Below are positions 10,212 through 18,447 of a stretch of DNA of 64,000 nt, piece after piece. The stretch is from Bacillota bacterium. GTDB taxonomy: Bacteria; Vulcanimicrobiota; JAJTBE01. The stretch is from positions 7,728-71,727 of the forward strand of contig JAJTBE010000201.1 in assembly GCA_021287065.1 (NCBI GenBank), written 5' to 3'. Below the pieces are notes generated by a model. It was not told where the DNA came from, did no database searches, and was given only the letters and a program-made list of their open reading frames with translations. Positions within the stretch are counted from its first letter, which is position 1. Every line of letters starts with the position of its first letter. The translations under genes and the position numbers were made by a program.

Positions 10212-10784
10212 GTGAAGAGAATTCTTATAGCCGGATTAGGTAATCCCGGGCCGGAGTATGCGCTCACCAGGCATAACATCGGGTTTATCATTGTTGACCG
10301 CCTTGCGGAACAACTCAGATTATCCGGCTGGACGAAAGAAAAAAAGTCACATTCGATCCGGGGTGAATATCGAGATAACGAAGTTATCATCATAAAACCC
10401 CGGACGTATATGAACTTGTCCGGCGAGGCAGTAATTGCATATTTGTCACATTACAGAATCCCCCCTGGGGATTTTCTTGCTGTTGTTGACGATTTGGCTC
10501 TTCCATTCGGAAAACTTCGTTTCAGAGCAAGAGGAAGTGACGGCGGACATAACGGACTTTCTTCCATAATCGAAAAAATAGGCTCCCAGGAATTTCCGAG
10601 ACTCAGAGTCGGAATTGATCCCACGCCCGAAGGGACAGACACCGCAGATTATGTTTTATCCAGCTTTACTCCGGAGCAGATTGAAGAACTGCAGAATATA
10701 ACGGAAAAAGCGGTGAAGGGCATCTTATCATTTATCGAATCCGGAATAGAAGATACTATGAACTGCTTTAATAAAAGTTCATAA
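10212..10784 (+). CDS. pth: Peptidyl-tRNA hydrolase
   Basis: GLGNPGPEYALTRHNIGF and DDLALPFGKLRFRARGSDGGHNGL signatures. GTG start. Confidence 0.93.
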   Translation: MKRILIAGLGNPGPEYALTRHNIGFIIVDRLAEQLRLSGWTKEKKSHSIRGEYRDNEVIIIKPRTYMNLSGEAVIAYLSHYRIPPGDFLAVVDDLALPFGKLRFRARGSDGGHNGLSSIIEKIGSQEFPRLRVGIDPTPEGTDTADYVLSSFTPEQIEELQNITEKAVKGILSFIESGIEDTMNCFNKSS

Positions 10785-10926
10785 CATGACATGAATCCGT
10801 ATTTACTTTTCCCGAATTTCAAGTGATAATATTTAAATTATCCCCGATTCTTCATACCTGTTAAAGATACAACCGGTTAAGAAGCATAGAATAATGGAAT
10901 CGGCATCAACTCAAGGGGGAGTATAA

Positions 10927-11823
10927 ATGGAAATCAAAGGCGGTTCGATGTTTCCGGAAATCCCGCAGATAAGGGATGCAAAAGCACCTCAGGAAGCGGG
11001 AAAAGTCGGCTTTAGTCCGGCTGAAAAGCCTGTTAAAGGCGATCTGCTTAACATAGCGGATTTTGGAGGCAGAAATGTAAGACCGGCTGCTATGTATGGT
11101 CTTTTTCAACCTCATACCCCTGAAATGAAAATTGCTTACGGAATTTTTCCGAGGACCGACGATCCCCATATTTATCCGGTTATGGGTCCCACAGAGCCGA
11201 AACAGCCTAAGATAGGACCAATAATGTATGGGATTTTCCCAAAAGAGGATCCTCATATATACCCGATAATGGGACCTACAACACCCAGGCGGCCGGACAC
11301 CGGACCTTTGAAATACGGAATTTTCCCGATAATACCACCCTTTGGGCCTAAGCTTCAGTACGGCATATTTCCTGTGATGCCGCCCTTTGGTCCCAGACCG
11401 ACTACACCGGAGCCTCCTTTCGGGCCTATGCCTCCCTATGGACCGCACCCTTCATTCGGGCCGCATCCGCCTTTCGGACCAATGCCTCCGTTTATGCCTA
11501 TGCCGCCCTTCGGACCCACCACACCCTTCGGACCCCGGCCTCCATTCGGGCCTTTCCCGCCGATGGGACCAGTGCCTCCTCAGGGTATGATGCCTATGTA
11601 TGGCGTTTATCCACCCTTTGGGCCTCACCCGCCCCACGGAATTTCACCTATGTATGGAATTTATCCCATAATAGCGCCGAAACCCCACGACCCGGTTATG
11701 CCTCATTATGGAATTTTCCCTGACAGACCAAAAGATGACATTCGTGACTTAATACTGATGTATGGTGTATATATCAGGGATAAAAGCCCTGATATTACGC
11801 CGATGTATGGAATTTTCAGATAA
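10927..11823 (+). CDS. Proline-rich repeat protein (about ten [MKQ]YG[IV][FY]P and about nine PFGP repeats), function unknown
   Basis: Strong RBS AAGGGGGAG before the ATG and its own rho-independent terminator at 11863-11902. The repeat periodicity is preserved in this frame only. No signal peptide. Confidence 0.65.
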   Translation: MEIKGGSMFPEIPQIRDAKAPQEAGKVGFSPAEKPVKGDLLNIADFGGRNVRPAAMYGLFQPHTPEMKIAYGIFPRTDDPHIYPVMGPTEPKQPKIGPIMYGIFPKEDPHIYPIMGPTTPRRPDTGPLKYGIFPIIPPFGPKLQYGIFPVMPPFGPRPTTPEPPFGPMPPYGPHPSFGPHPPFGPMPPFMPMPPFGPTTPFGPRPPFGPFPPMGPVPPQGMMPMYGVYPPFGPHPPHGISPMYGIYPIIAPKPHDPVMPHYGIFPDRPKDDIRDLILMYGVYIRDKSPDITPMYGIFR

Positions 11824-11862
11824 TTTGTGAAAATATGGTTTGATTAATTACAATATGCAGAC

Positions 11863-11902
11863 GGAGACAAGGCATATTAATGCGTTGTTTCCTTTTTATT
11901 TT
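11863..11902 (+). terminator. Rho-independent terminator of the Pro-rich repeat gene
   Basis: Stem GGAGACAA / TTGTTTCC (one G-U pair) with a 14-nt loop, followed by TTTTTATTTT. Confidence 0.6.
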
Positions 11903-11913
11903 GGAGGAAAAAC

Positions 11914-13023
11914 ATGACAACAGACCTGAACAGAGTCGCAAACAAAGTAGTAAACGACTGCCTCAGAATTAAACCCGGCGAATATTTCTGGATTAGCTGC
12001 GCCGACGACTACTATTTCAAATTCTGTGAGGAAGTGGCAATTGAAGCTGTAAAAGCAGGAGCACACCCCCACATAAGCATTTCTTCCGACCGTATATTCA
12101 TGGAGAATATAAGCCAGACCACAGACTTTCTGAAAGAGCCTGCCAGCTTTGCTTCTGCCATTACAGAAGTGGCTGATGTTCATCTTCAGGTAGTCTTTCC
12201 CAGAAATCCCGGAGTATCCGGAGGCTTAGATCCCCATAAACTGGCGGCAATGTCGTCAGCCGGAAGATCTGTTCAGGAAATTGTTTATAAAAAGAACAAA
12301 GATACTGTGAAACAGCGCAAAGCTTCATTTCTTTACCCCACCCCCGAAGCTGCCGCAAGTTATGGTATTTCCTACGAAATATTTGCCGATATGGTATGGA
12401 GATCCCTTGATATAGATTATGAAGCTCTGAGAATGAGAGCGAAGAAAATCGCCGGTATTATGAAAAACTCGGATAAGGTTTATATAACCAATCCCGAAGG
12501 GACAAATCTGGAGTTTTCGATTAAGGGCAGACCGCCTTTTATAGACGACGGCGTTTTTGACGAAGAGGACTTTGAGGAAAAAATCTATATGATGAACCTG
12601 CCCACAGGCGAAGTCTGCGTTGCTCCCGTGGAAGACTCCGCCAACGGCGTAGCTTATTTCAAATTCAACAGATTTATGGGAAGAGACCTCAAAAATCTGA
12701 AATTTGAATTTAAAAACGGTAAAGTTGTAAATATCGAAGGCGAAGAAGGCGCTGAGTATTATAAGAGCATTCTCGACAACCAGACCGGCAATAAGGATAT
12801 GATAGCAGAACTGGGAATAGGCCTGAATCCGGAAATCAACAGAGTTCTGGGCGAACTTGCCCTTGATGAGAAGATCATAGGCACTATCCACATAGCCACC
12901 GGTGAGAACCGTATGCTCCACGGAAAAGGCGTCTCATCTTTCCATTACGACCTTGTTATGGACAAGCCCACTCTGAAATTTGACAACACCCTTATAATGG
13001 AAAACGGAGAATACAGGGTATAA
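11914..13023 (+). CDS. M29-family aminopeptidase (AmpS/PepS-like)
   Basis: NLPTGEVCVAP and GTIHIATGEN motifs and about 370 aa length. GGAGG RBS. Confidence 0.8.
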   Translation: MTTDLNRVANKVVNDCLRIKPGEYFWISCADDYYFKFCEEVAIEAVKAGAHPHISISSDRIFMENISQTTDFLKEPASFASAITEVADVHLQVVFPRNPGVSGGLDPHKLAAMSSAGRSVQEIVYKKNKDTVKQRKASFLYPTPEAAASYGISYEIFADMVWRSLDIDYEALRMRAKKIAGIMKNSDKVYITNPEGTNLEFSIKGRPPFIDDGVFDEEDFEEKIYMMNLPTGEVCVAPVEDSANGVAYFKFNRFMGRDLKNLKFEFKNGKVVNIEGEEGAEYYKSILDNQTGNKDMIAELGIGLNPEINRVLGELALDEKIIGTIHIATGENRMLHGKGVSSFHYDLVMDKPTLKFDNTLIMENGEYRV

Positions 13024-13093
13024 ATAGAGGAAATTGGAATTCGTTTGAGAATTACCGCAGATACCAATTAAACATGATAACCCGGAGGAAATA

Positions 13094-13345
13094 ATGACCG
13101 ACATTAATGATGTAACCATTGAAATGGTAGCGCAGAAGCTTAAAAATGCGTTCAAAAGAATAAAAGCAATGTGGGACGACAAAAACAAGCAGATCCGCAA
13201 CATCGAGAAAAAGATGGAAAAGCATAACGAACAGCTTTTCGAACTCAAGGAAGAGAGAGAAAATCTGGAAAACGAACTCGAAGGCATCCGCTCAACTTAT
13301 GAAGAGTTCTGCAATCAGACCGGAACCCGTTTCGATCTGAACTAA
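13094..13345 (+). CDS. Small coiled-coil hypothetical protein (83 aa)
   Basis: GGAGG RBS 6 nt upstream, charged heptad-like sequence, terminator immediately downstream. Confidence 0.5.
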   Translation: MTDINDVTIEMVAQKLKNAFKRIKAMWDDKNKQIRNIEKKMEKHNEQLFELKEERENLENELEGIRSTYEEFCNQTGTRFDLN

Positions 13346-13369
13346 GCCTGTAAATAAGACAGTTGATTA

Positions 13370-13427
13370 CGGGGACTGTCCGGAGATTCTGAATTTGTGA
13401 TTCTCAGGACAGCCCCCGTTTTATTTT
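13370..13427 (+). terminator. Rho-independent terminator
   Basis: GGGGACTGTCC ... GGACAGCCCCC stem followed by GTTTTATTTT. Confidence 0.65.
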
Positions 13428-13765
13428 CGGTTAAACAGATAAAAAAAACTTTCAAAAAGCAACATAAATCATTTATATACGAAGGGGATTTCTTTACAAT
13501 ATCGAAGGTATCGGGTCGGGTACAATTTTTACAAACTAACGCTGCAAGAGAACCCACACTGCAAAAAAACTGTTTTCATTTAAGAGTCAACACATAGAGT
13601 AATGCTCAGACCTTGTACTCCGGTCCCTCAACAGTCTGACGAATCCCTGACATCCCGAAAACATCCTGCCACTATATAAAGAAACCCTCTCAGCATCAGA
13701 TTGCAGCAAGTATTTTGTAAATCAGGAAAACGATAATTGATCAACTTTAAGAAGGAGCTAAAAAA

Positions 13766-15985
13766 GTGAAAAACACAGTAAAATTAATTGCTCTTCTTCT
13801 CGTTGTGTTTCTTGCCGCCGGTTTTACTGCCGGATGCGGAAACAGCAGCGATGACGGAGGAGGGGACAATTCCACAGGTTCCGTTGAAGGCTATGTAATG
13901 GACGAGAATAACGAACCCATAGCCGGAGCCGAATGCACAATAACAACAACTGACTCCAGAGGTACGTACGCAACCATTACTGATACCAATGGGTATTATA
14001 GTATCCTCAATGTTCCCGTGGGAACATGGCCGATGTCTGTCGTTTGTTCTGGTTATTCCCCACTTAATTTAAACGTGCAGATAAATCAGGGACAAACAAC
14101 CCAGAATCCCACTTCCACAATGCCTCCTGCAGGCGCCGGCTCTGTCAGCGGCACTGTTTACTCCGAGCTTATCGGCGGCACTGTTATTTCAGGAGCAACA
14201 ATTACAGCAGGTTCAGTTATAGTTACCAGCGCCGCAAACGGCACTTACACAGCAAACGGTGTGGCAGCAGGCAGCCAGACAATAACCGCTACAGCCACAG
14301 GTTATACTCAATACAGCTCTACAGTTACAGTCGCTGCCAGTTCAACAGTTACAAAAGACATAGCAATGACTCCCAGTTCAACTTCATCCCCTACGCCTTC
14401 ACCGGGATACGGAAATGCAACAGGCAAAGTAATCGATGCCAACGGCTCACCTCTTGCTGATGTTACAGTTTCCCTCCAGAAAGGCGACAGATCAACCACT
14501 AATTCAAGCGGTGTTTATATTTTCGAAAACCTCACCCCCGGTGTCAGAACCCTTGCCTTTGCAAAAACAGGTTATGACGACAGAACACAGGATGTTACAG
14601 TTGCAGCTGATACAACAGTAACAGCTCCCACAGTAACACTCACGGAAACCCCCGTAACCGGTGTTACCCTCTGGGTATCAAAAAGAATCAATCTCCCTGA
14701 AGTCGGCGATTCGGGAGAAGCAGATGTTTCATATGACGGCACCAAAGTAGTTTTCACCAGCGTCGGCAATGTAATCGCCGACTGGGGCGGCGGCGTTCCG
14801 GATAATGCCTCCAGAGATGCAGGCAACACTCAGATTTATGTTTGGAACAGAGCAACAGGAACCATAACAAGAGTTTCCAACAACAATCTTGTCCCCGGAG
14901 CAACAGGCGGCTGCAACGGTGATTCAAGATATCCCGCAATCAGCGGAGACGGTAATTTTGTTGTATTCAGATCTCTTGCAAAAAATATTCTCGCCAACGG
15001 TCTTTCAACAACAAACAACCGCGATATCTTTATGGTCAGACTGTCAGACAACAAAACCATAAGAATAAGCAATGACGGAGCTAACGCCAATGCGGGCGGA
15101 AATGCGGCATCGGATATGCCAGATATTAACGGCGACGGCACAAAAGTTGTTTTCTCATCCTTAGCCACAAATATCGGAAACATAAACCACACCGCAACAT
15201 GGAGCCATATTTATTATGTAACGGTTTCAAACATGGTTCCCGGCATCAGAAGAATGATTGACTGTTCAATGGCTTCAGCAGAAGGCGCCGATCAGGTTGT
15301 TGATGATCCCGAATCAGCCAATCCGTCCATATCATACGATGGCAGATACACTGCTTATCAGACAAAAGCAACCAACCTTACCGACGGTGAACAACCCGGT
15401 TCAAACCGTTCAAGAAACGGAGTTCCAGTAAAGATATTCAGAAATGATATCAACACAAGCCCGATTGTGGGTTGGAACCTACTTATATCAAAACATAACG
15501 GTACCGAAGCCAATGCAAACTGCCAGCGTCCTTCCATAAACGGAGACGGCAGCAGAATCGCTTTTGAATCCACATCAACCAACCTCGGCTATTCATCTGC
15601 CACAACTTCAAATATCTACCTCTGGAGCATAAACAGCATAGCGCTGAAGTTCTTAACAATGCCTCTGGAAGGTGCAGTTGGCGAGAATACCTATGCCCAG
15701 CTGGACAAATCAGGCAGATATGTAGCTTTCCGTTCGACAGCAATCGGCCTTGTTTCTGATGTGACCAACGCAACAGCCAGAATCTATGTTAAAGACGCAG
15801 ATTCGGGCAAAAACGAATATACCCTTATGAGAGGCGCTTCAGGTCAGGTGCCTACAAATGACTGCGACGAACCTGCAATGAGCGGCGACGGAAACTATGT
15901 GGCATTCCACACAGCTTCCAAAAATCTCACAAACGACAAATTCACAGCAGGTATTGTTGATACATTTATCCGCAAATGGAAATAA
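13766..15985 (+). CDS. Secreted (possible lipo-)protein: three carboxypeptidase-regulatory-like Ig domains plus 7-bladed TolB/PD40-like beta-propeller
   Basis: GTG start after AAGAAGGAG and a signal peptide ending FTAGC. Three copies of G-x-V-x-D-x-x-G-x-P-[IL]-A-[GD]... modules. Seven [SI]-x-DG-x-x-[VI]-[VA]-F-x-[ST] blades. Confidence 0.75.
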   Translation: MKNTVKLIALLLVVFLAAGFTAGCGNSSDDGGGDNSTGSVEGYVMDENNEPIAGAECTITTTDSRGTYATITDTNGYYSILNVPVGTWPMSVVCSGYSPLNLNVQINQGQTTQNPTSTMPPAGAGSVSGTVYSELIGGTVISGATITAGSVIVTSAANGTYTANGVAAGSQTITATATGYTQYSSTVTVAASSTVTKDIAMTPSSTSSPTPSPGYGNATGKVIDANGSPLADVTVSLQKGDRSTTNSSGVYIFENLTPGVRTLAFAKTGYDDRTQDVTVAADTTVTAPTVTLTETPVTGVTLWVSKRINLPEVGDSGEADVSYDGTKVVFTSVGNVIADWGGGVPDNASRDAGNTQIYVWNRATGTITRVSNNNLVPGATGGCNGDSRYPAISGDGNFVVFRSLAKNILANGLSTTNNRDIFMVRLSDNKTIRISNDGANANAGGNAASDMPDINGDGTKVVFSSLATNIGNINHTATWSHIYYVTVSNMVPGIRRMIDCSMASAEGADQVVDDPESANPSISYDGRYTAYQTKATNLTDGEQPGSNRSRNGVPVKIFRNDINTSPIVGWNLLISKHNGTEANANCQRPSINGDGSRIAFESTSTNLGYSSATTSNIYLWSINSIALKFLTMPLEGAVGENTYAQLDKSGRYVAFRSTAIGLVSDVTNATARIYVKDADSGKNEYTLMRGASGQVPTNDCDEPAMSGDGNYVAFHTASKNLTNDKFTAGIVDTFIRKWK

Positions 15986-16013
15986 ATCAGGAATAACTAA
16001 CCATTAATACAAA

Positions 16014-16116
16014 AATGAGGCTGTCCCCAAAGTAAGATAACTATCTGATAACAGGGATTTCACAAGACACAACCGGATCTGACTGAAGAAATCCTGACTT
16101 TTGGGACAGCCTCATT
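16014..16116. terminator. Long bidirectional terminator hairpin between convergent genes
   Basis: About 19-bp outer stem AATGAGGCTGTCCCCAAAGT / ACTTTTGGGACAGCCTCATT and a nested CAGGGATTTC / GAAATCCTG stem. Flanked by an A-run on the left and a T-run on the right. Confidence 0.6.
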
Positions 16117-16146
16117 TTATTTTGAGATGATAAATGGAATCAGGGA

Positions 16147-16689
16147 TTATTTTCCCCCTGCCTTCCTGATTAATTCCGCAATATCATTATTTCCTCTGGC
16201 AAGGGCTACTCTCAGGGGAGTGGCGCCATTTGCCATTTTCGCATTAACATCCGCGCCGTTTTCGATGAGAATAACCGCTACATCCTTATGACCCTTCAGA
16301 GCTGCTATATGCAGAGGCGTAGCTTTTCCCACCGTTCTTACGGCGTTGACATCGGCACCGCTTTTAAGAAGAAGCCTGGCAGCTTCAGGCTGGCCCTGGG
16401 AGGCTGCAACATGAAGGGGAGTGCCGCCGTCCTTATTTCTGATGTTTATATCCACTTTCAGGGAAATCAGGTATTTCATAACCTCGATTCTACCCCATCC
16501 CGCCGCAAGATGAAGAGGCGTTTTGCCATCCTCATTCTGTGTGGAAATCAATTCGGGATTTTTCGACAGAATTTCCTTAACTTTTGCCAAATCCCCACTT
16601 TTTGCAGCATCGTGAACCTCCCCGCAAAATGCAGGGGTCCAGATACAGACTGCAAGCAAAATTACTGCTGCTGAAAGAAAATATTTCAT
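16147..16689 (-). CDS. Secreted ankyrin-repeat protein
   Basis: Signal peptide MKYFLSAAVILLAVCIWTPAFC. About four ANK repeats (G-x-TPLH-x-AA-x-x-G). Start set at the ATG preceded by AAAGGAGGAAGGG. Confidence 0.85.
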   Translation of the reverse strand: MKYFLSAAVILLAVCIWTPAFCGEVHDAAKSGDLAKVKEILSKNPELISTQNEDGKTPLHLAAGWGRIEVMKYLISLKVDINIRNKDGGTPLHVAASQGQPEAARLLLKSGADVNAVRTVGKATPLHIAALKGHKDVAVILIENGADVNAKMANGATPLRVALARGNNDIAELIRKAGGK

Positions 16690-16910
16690 AACCCTTCCTC
16701 CTTTGTTTATATTCATGTTTTCGCTTTATCCCGAAAACTGCCTTCAGAAGTTTTTTTTGCAAATGTCAACTATTTATTTATACAGCCAATATGAATTTGT
16801 TTTGTAAAGTTCTGTGGAAATGGGAAATTTTGGCTATAATCTGTTTGAAGGGGTGAGAGAGATTGCTGCGTTTTGGTTGGTTTGTTGTTTGAATTTGCGG
16901 TGAAGGCGGA

Positions 16911-17230
16911 CCCAATGCCACTGAATCAGTAAAAACCACTCTAATCCCAATCCCCAATACTCCTGTTTTTCAAGTAAGGAGGTTCGGAGGGTAACCTCGC
17001 TTTTCCAAAAAAGCGTGGTTTCCTCTGACGGTCCCCAAATCCCCCGGTCGGTCCAAAATCCCCGCGGTCCCCGGTCGGTCCCTAATTCCAAAAGTTTTGG
17101 GAAGGCGGGTGCCTGCCCGCAGGGTGGGTGCGAGGAAACTTTTTTCAAAAAGTTTTCTCTGGGAGCAGGGCATGCGGTTGTAATCCTCGTGAGCGATTAA
17201 ATAAATCCATGCCTTAATTCATGGGTATTG
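16911..17230 (-). repeat. Family A MITE-like element, copy 1 (inverted orientation)
   Basis: Alignable end to end with 35404-35695, 53001-53294 and 53337-53622. Terminal inverted repeats are CAATACCCATGAAT / ATTCAGTGGCATTG when read on the minus strand. Confidence 0.8.
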
Positions 17231-17259
17231 CCATCGGAAATGAACAGACATGCCCACTG

Positions 17260-17350
17260 GCAACAAACTCAAACCACCTGCAAACTTTATAACCGCAATA
17301 AATCACCAACGACTGCCGAATCGCAGGCGTCTCGCCTGTCCCCCCCCGGG
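17260..17350. repeat. Diverged inverted partial copy of the family B unit
   Basis: GACTGCCGAATCGCAGGCGTCTCGCCTGTCCCCCCCCGGG is the reverse complement of the B-unit segment CCCGGGGGCAGGCGGGACGCCTGCGATCCGGCAGTC. Confidence 0.6.
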
Positions 17351-17508
17351 AAAACAATCCCGCATCCTCTCTACTATCTCCGGAATGGAATAACTACTCT
17401 AACTGCAGGGTCGGCGCCAATGATCCGACCCGATGTCAAACCTGTCTCCAATACAAATCGAATTATAGTAATGTGCAGCTATCAGCATGATTTTCAAGTA
17501 TGCGAAAT

Positions 17509-18290
17509 ATTTACGGTTTTAGTTTGCATCGTGGGCGGACCTGCGGGTCCGCGTCGAGGTTGCAAACCCCTCCTACGATCGCTGGCCATGCTTGTGGTTG
17601 TGGGGTTTGCTGGCGGTTAGCGGTGGGTTTTGGGACCCGGGGGCAGGCGGGACGCCTGCGATCCGGCATTTGTCGGCGTTTTTTTGCCGCACTTTCGGGG
17701 GAATTAGGGTTTGAGTCTGCGTAGGGGGCGGACCTGCGGGTCCGCGTCGGGGTTGCAAACCCCTCCTACGATCGCTGGCGAAGCTTGTGGTTATTAGGTT
17801 TGCTGGCGGTTGGTGTTGGCTTTTGAGACCCGGGGGCAGGCGGGACGCCTGCGATCCGGCATTTGTTGGCGTTTTTTTGCCGCACTTTCGGGGGAATTAG
17901 GGTTTGAGTCTGTGTCGTGGGCGGACCTGCGGGTCCGCGTCGGGGTTGCAAACCCCTCCTACGATCGCTGGCCATGCTTGTGGTTATGGGGTTTGCTGGC
18001 GGTTGGCGGTGGTTTTTGGGACCCGGGGGGGCAGGCGGGACGCCTGCGATCCGGCATTTGTTGGCGTTTTGTTGGCGCTCTTTTGGGGGATTTGTGGTTT
18101 TAGTTTGCAGCGTGGGCGGACCTGCGGGTCCGCGTCGGGGTTGCAAACCCCTCCTACGATCGCTGGCGGAGCTTGTGGTTATGGGGTTTACTGGCGGTTG
18201 TCCAGAGGTTTTGGGACCCGGGGGCAGGCGGGATGCCTGCGATCCGGCAGTCACTGGCGGAGCTTGTGGTTGTGTGGTTTGCTGGCTGTT
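17509..18290. repeat. Family B tandem array: four about 193-195-bp units, each with three GC-rich hairpins (REP-like)
   Basis: GGGCGGACCTGCGGGTCCGC recurs at 17533, 17726, 17919 and 18114. Each unit carries GT[AG]G + GCGGACC-TGCG-GGTCCGC, GGGGTT-GCA-AACCCC and GCAGGCG-GGA-CGCCTGC. Confidence 0.85.
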
Positions 18291-18447
18291 AAGCAATCCT
18301 ATCGGTATAGCTTATATTTCGGCAAAATGGTATAACATCGGATCTCATGGCTGATTTAACGGGATTACTATATTATCATATTTTAACAAAAGGAATAATG
18401 ACTTGTTGTGGAATGAATAATCATGGTTTTTGAGGGGAGGAGAAAAT

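Noticed and set aside
10906-11448. 180-aa ORF antisense to the Pro-rich repeat gene
   Set aside because: It is a shadow ORF from GC/CCN-rich codons. It has no RBS, while the sense frame carries the regular repeat structure plus an RBS and terminator.
12325-12921. 198-aa ORF antisense to the M29 aminopeptidase
   Set aside because: The sense strand has clear family motifs. The antisense product is low-complexity with no start context.
16288-16674. 128-aa plus-strand ORF inside the ankyrin gene
   Set aside because: It is antisense to clear ANK repeats on the minus strand.
17509-18290. CRISPR array hypothesis for the tandem repeats
   Set aside because: The whole unit of about 194 bp is conserved between copies. 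There is no alternation of short identical repeats with unique spacers, and no cas genes are in the window.
17228-18354. Multiple ORFs on both strands across the GC-rich repeat array (for example 17228-17620, 17766-18296, 17904-18335, 17917-18354), giving Arg/Gly/Pro-rich peptides
   Set aside because: They lie wholly in tandem repeats whose period (193/193/195 bp) does not preserve the reading frame. All six frames are open because of composition. There are no RBSs.
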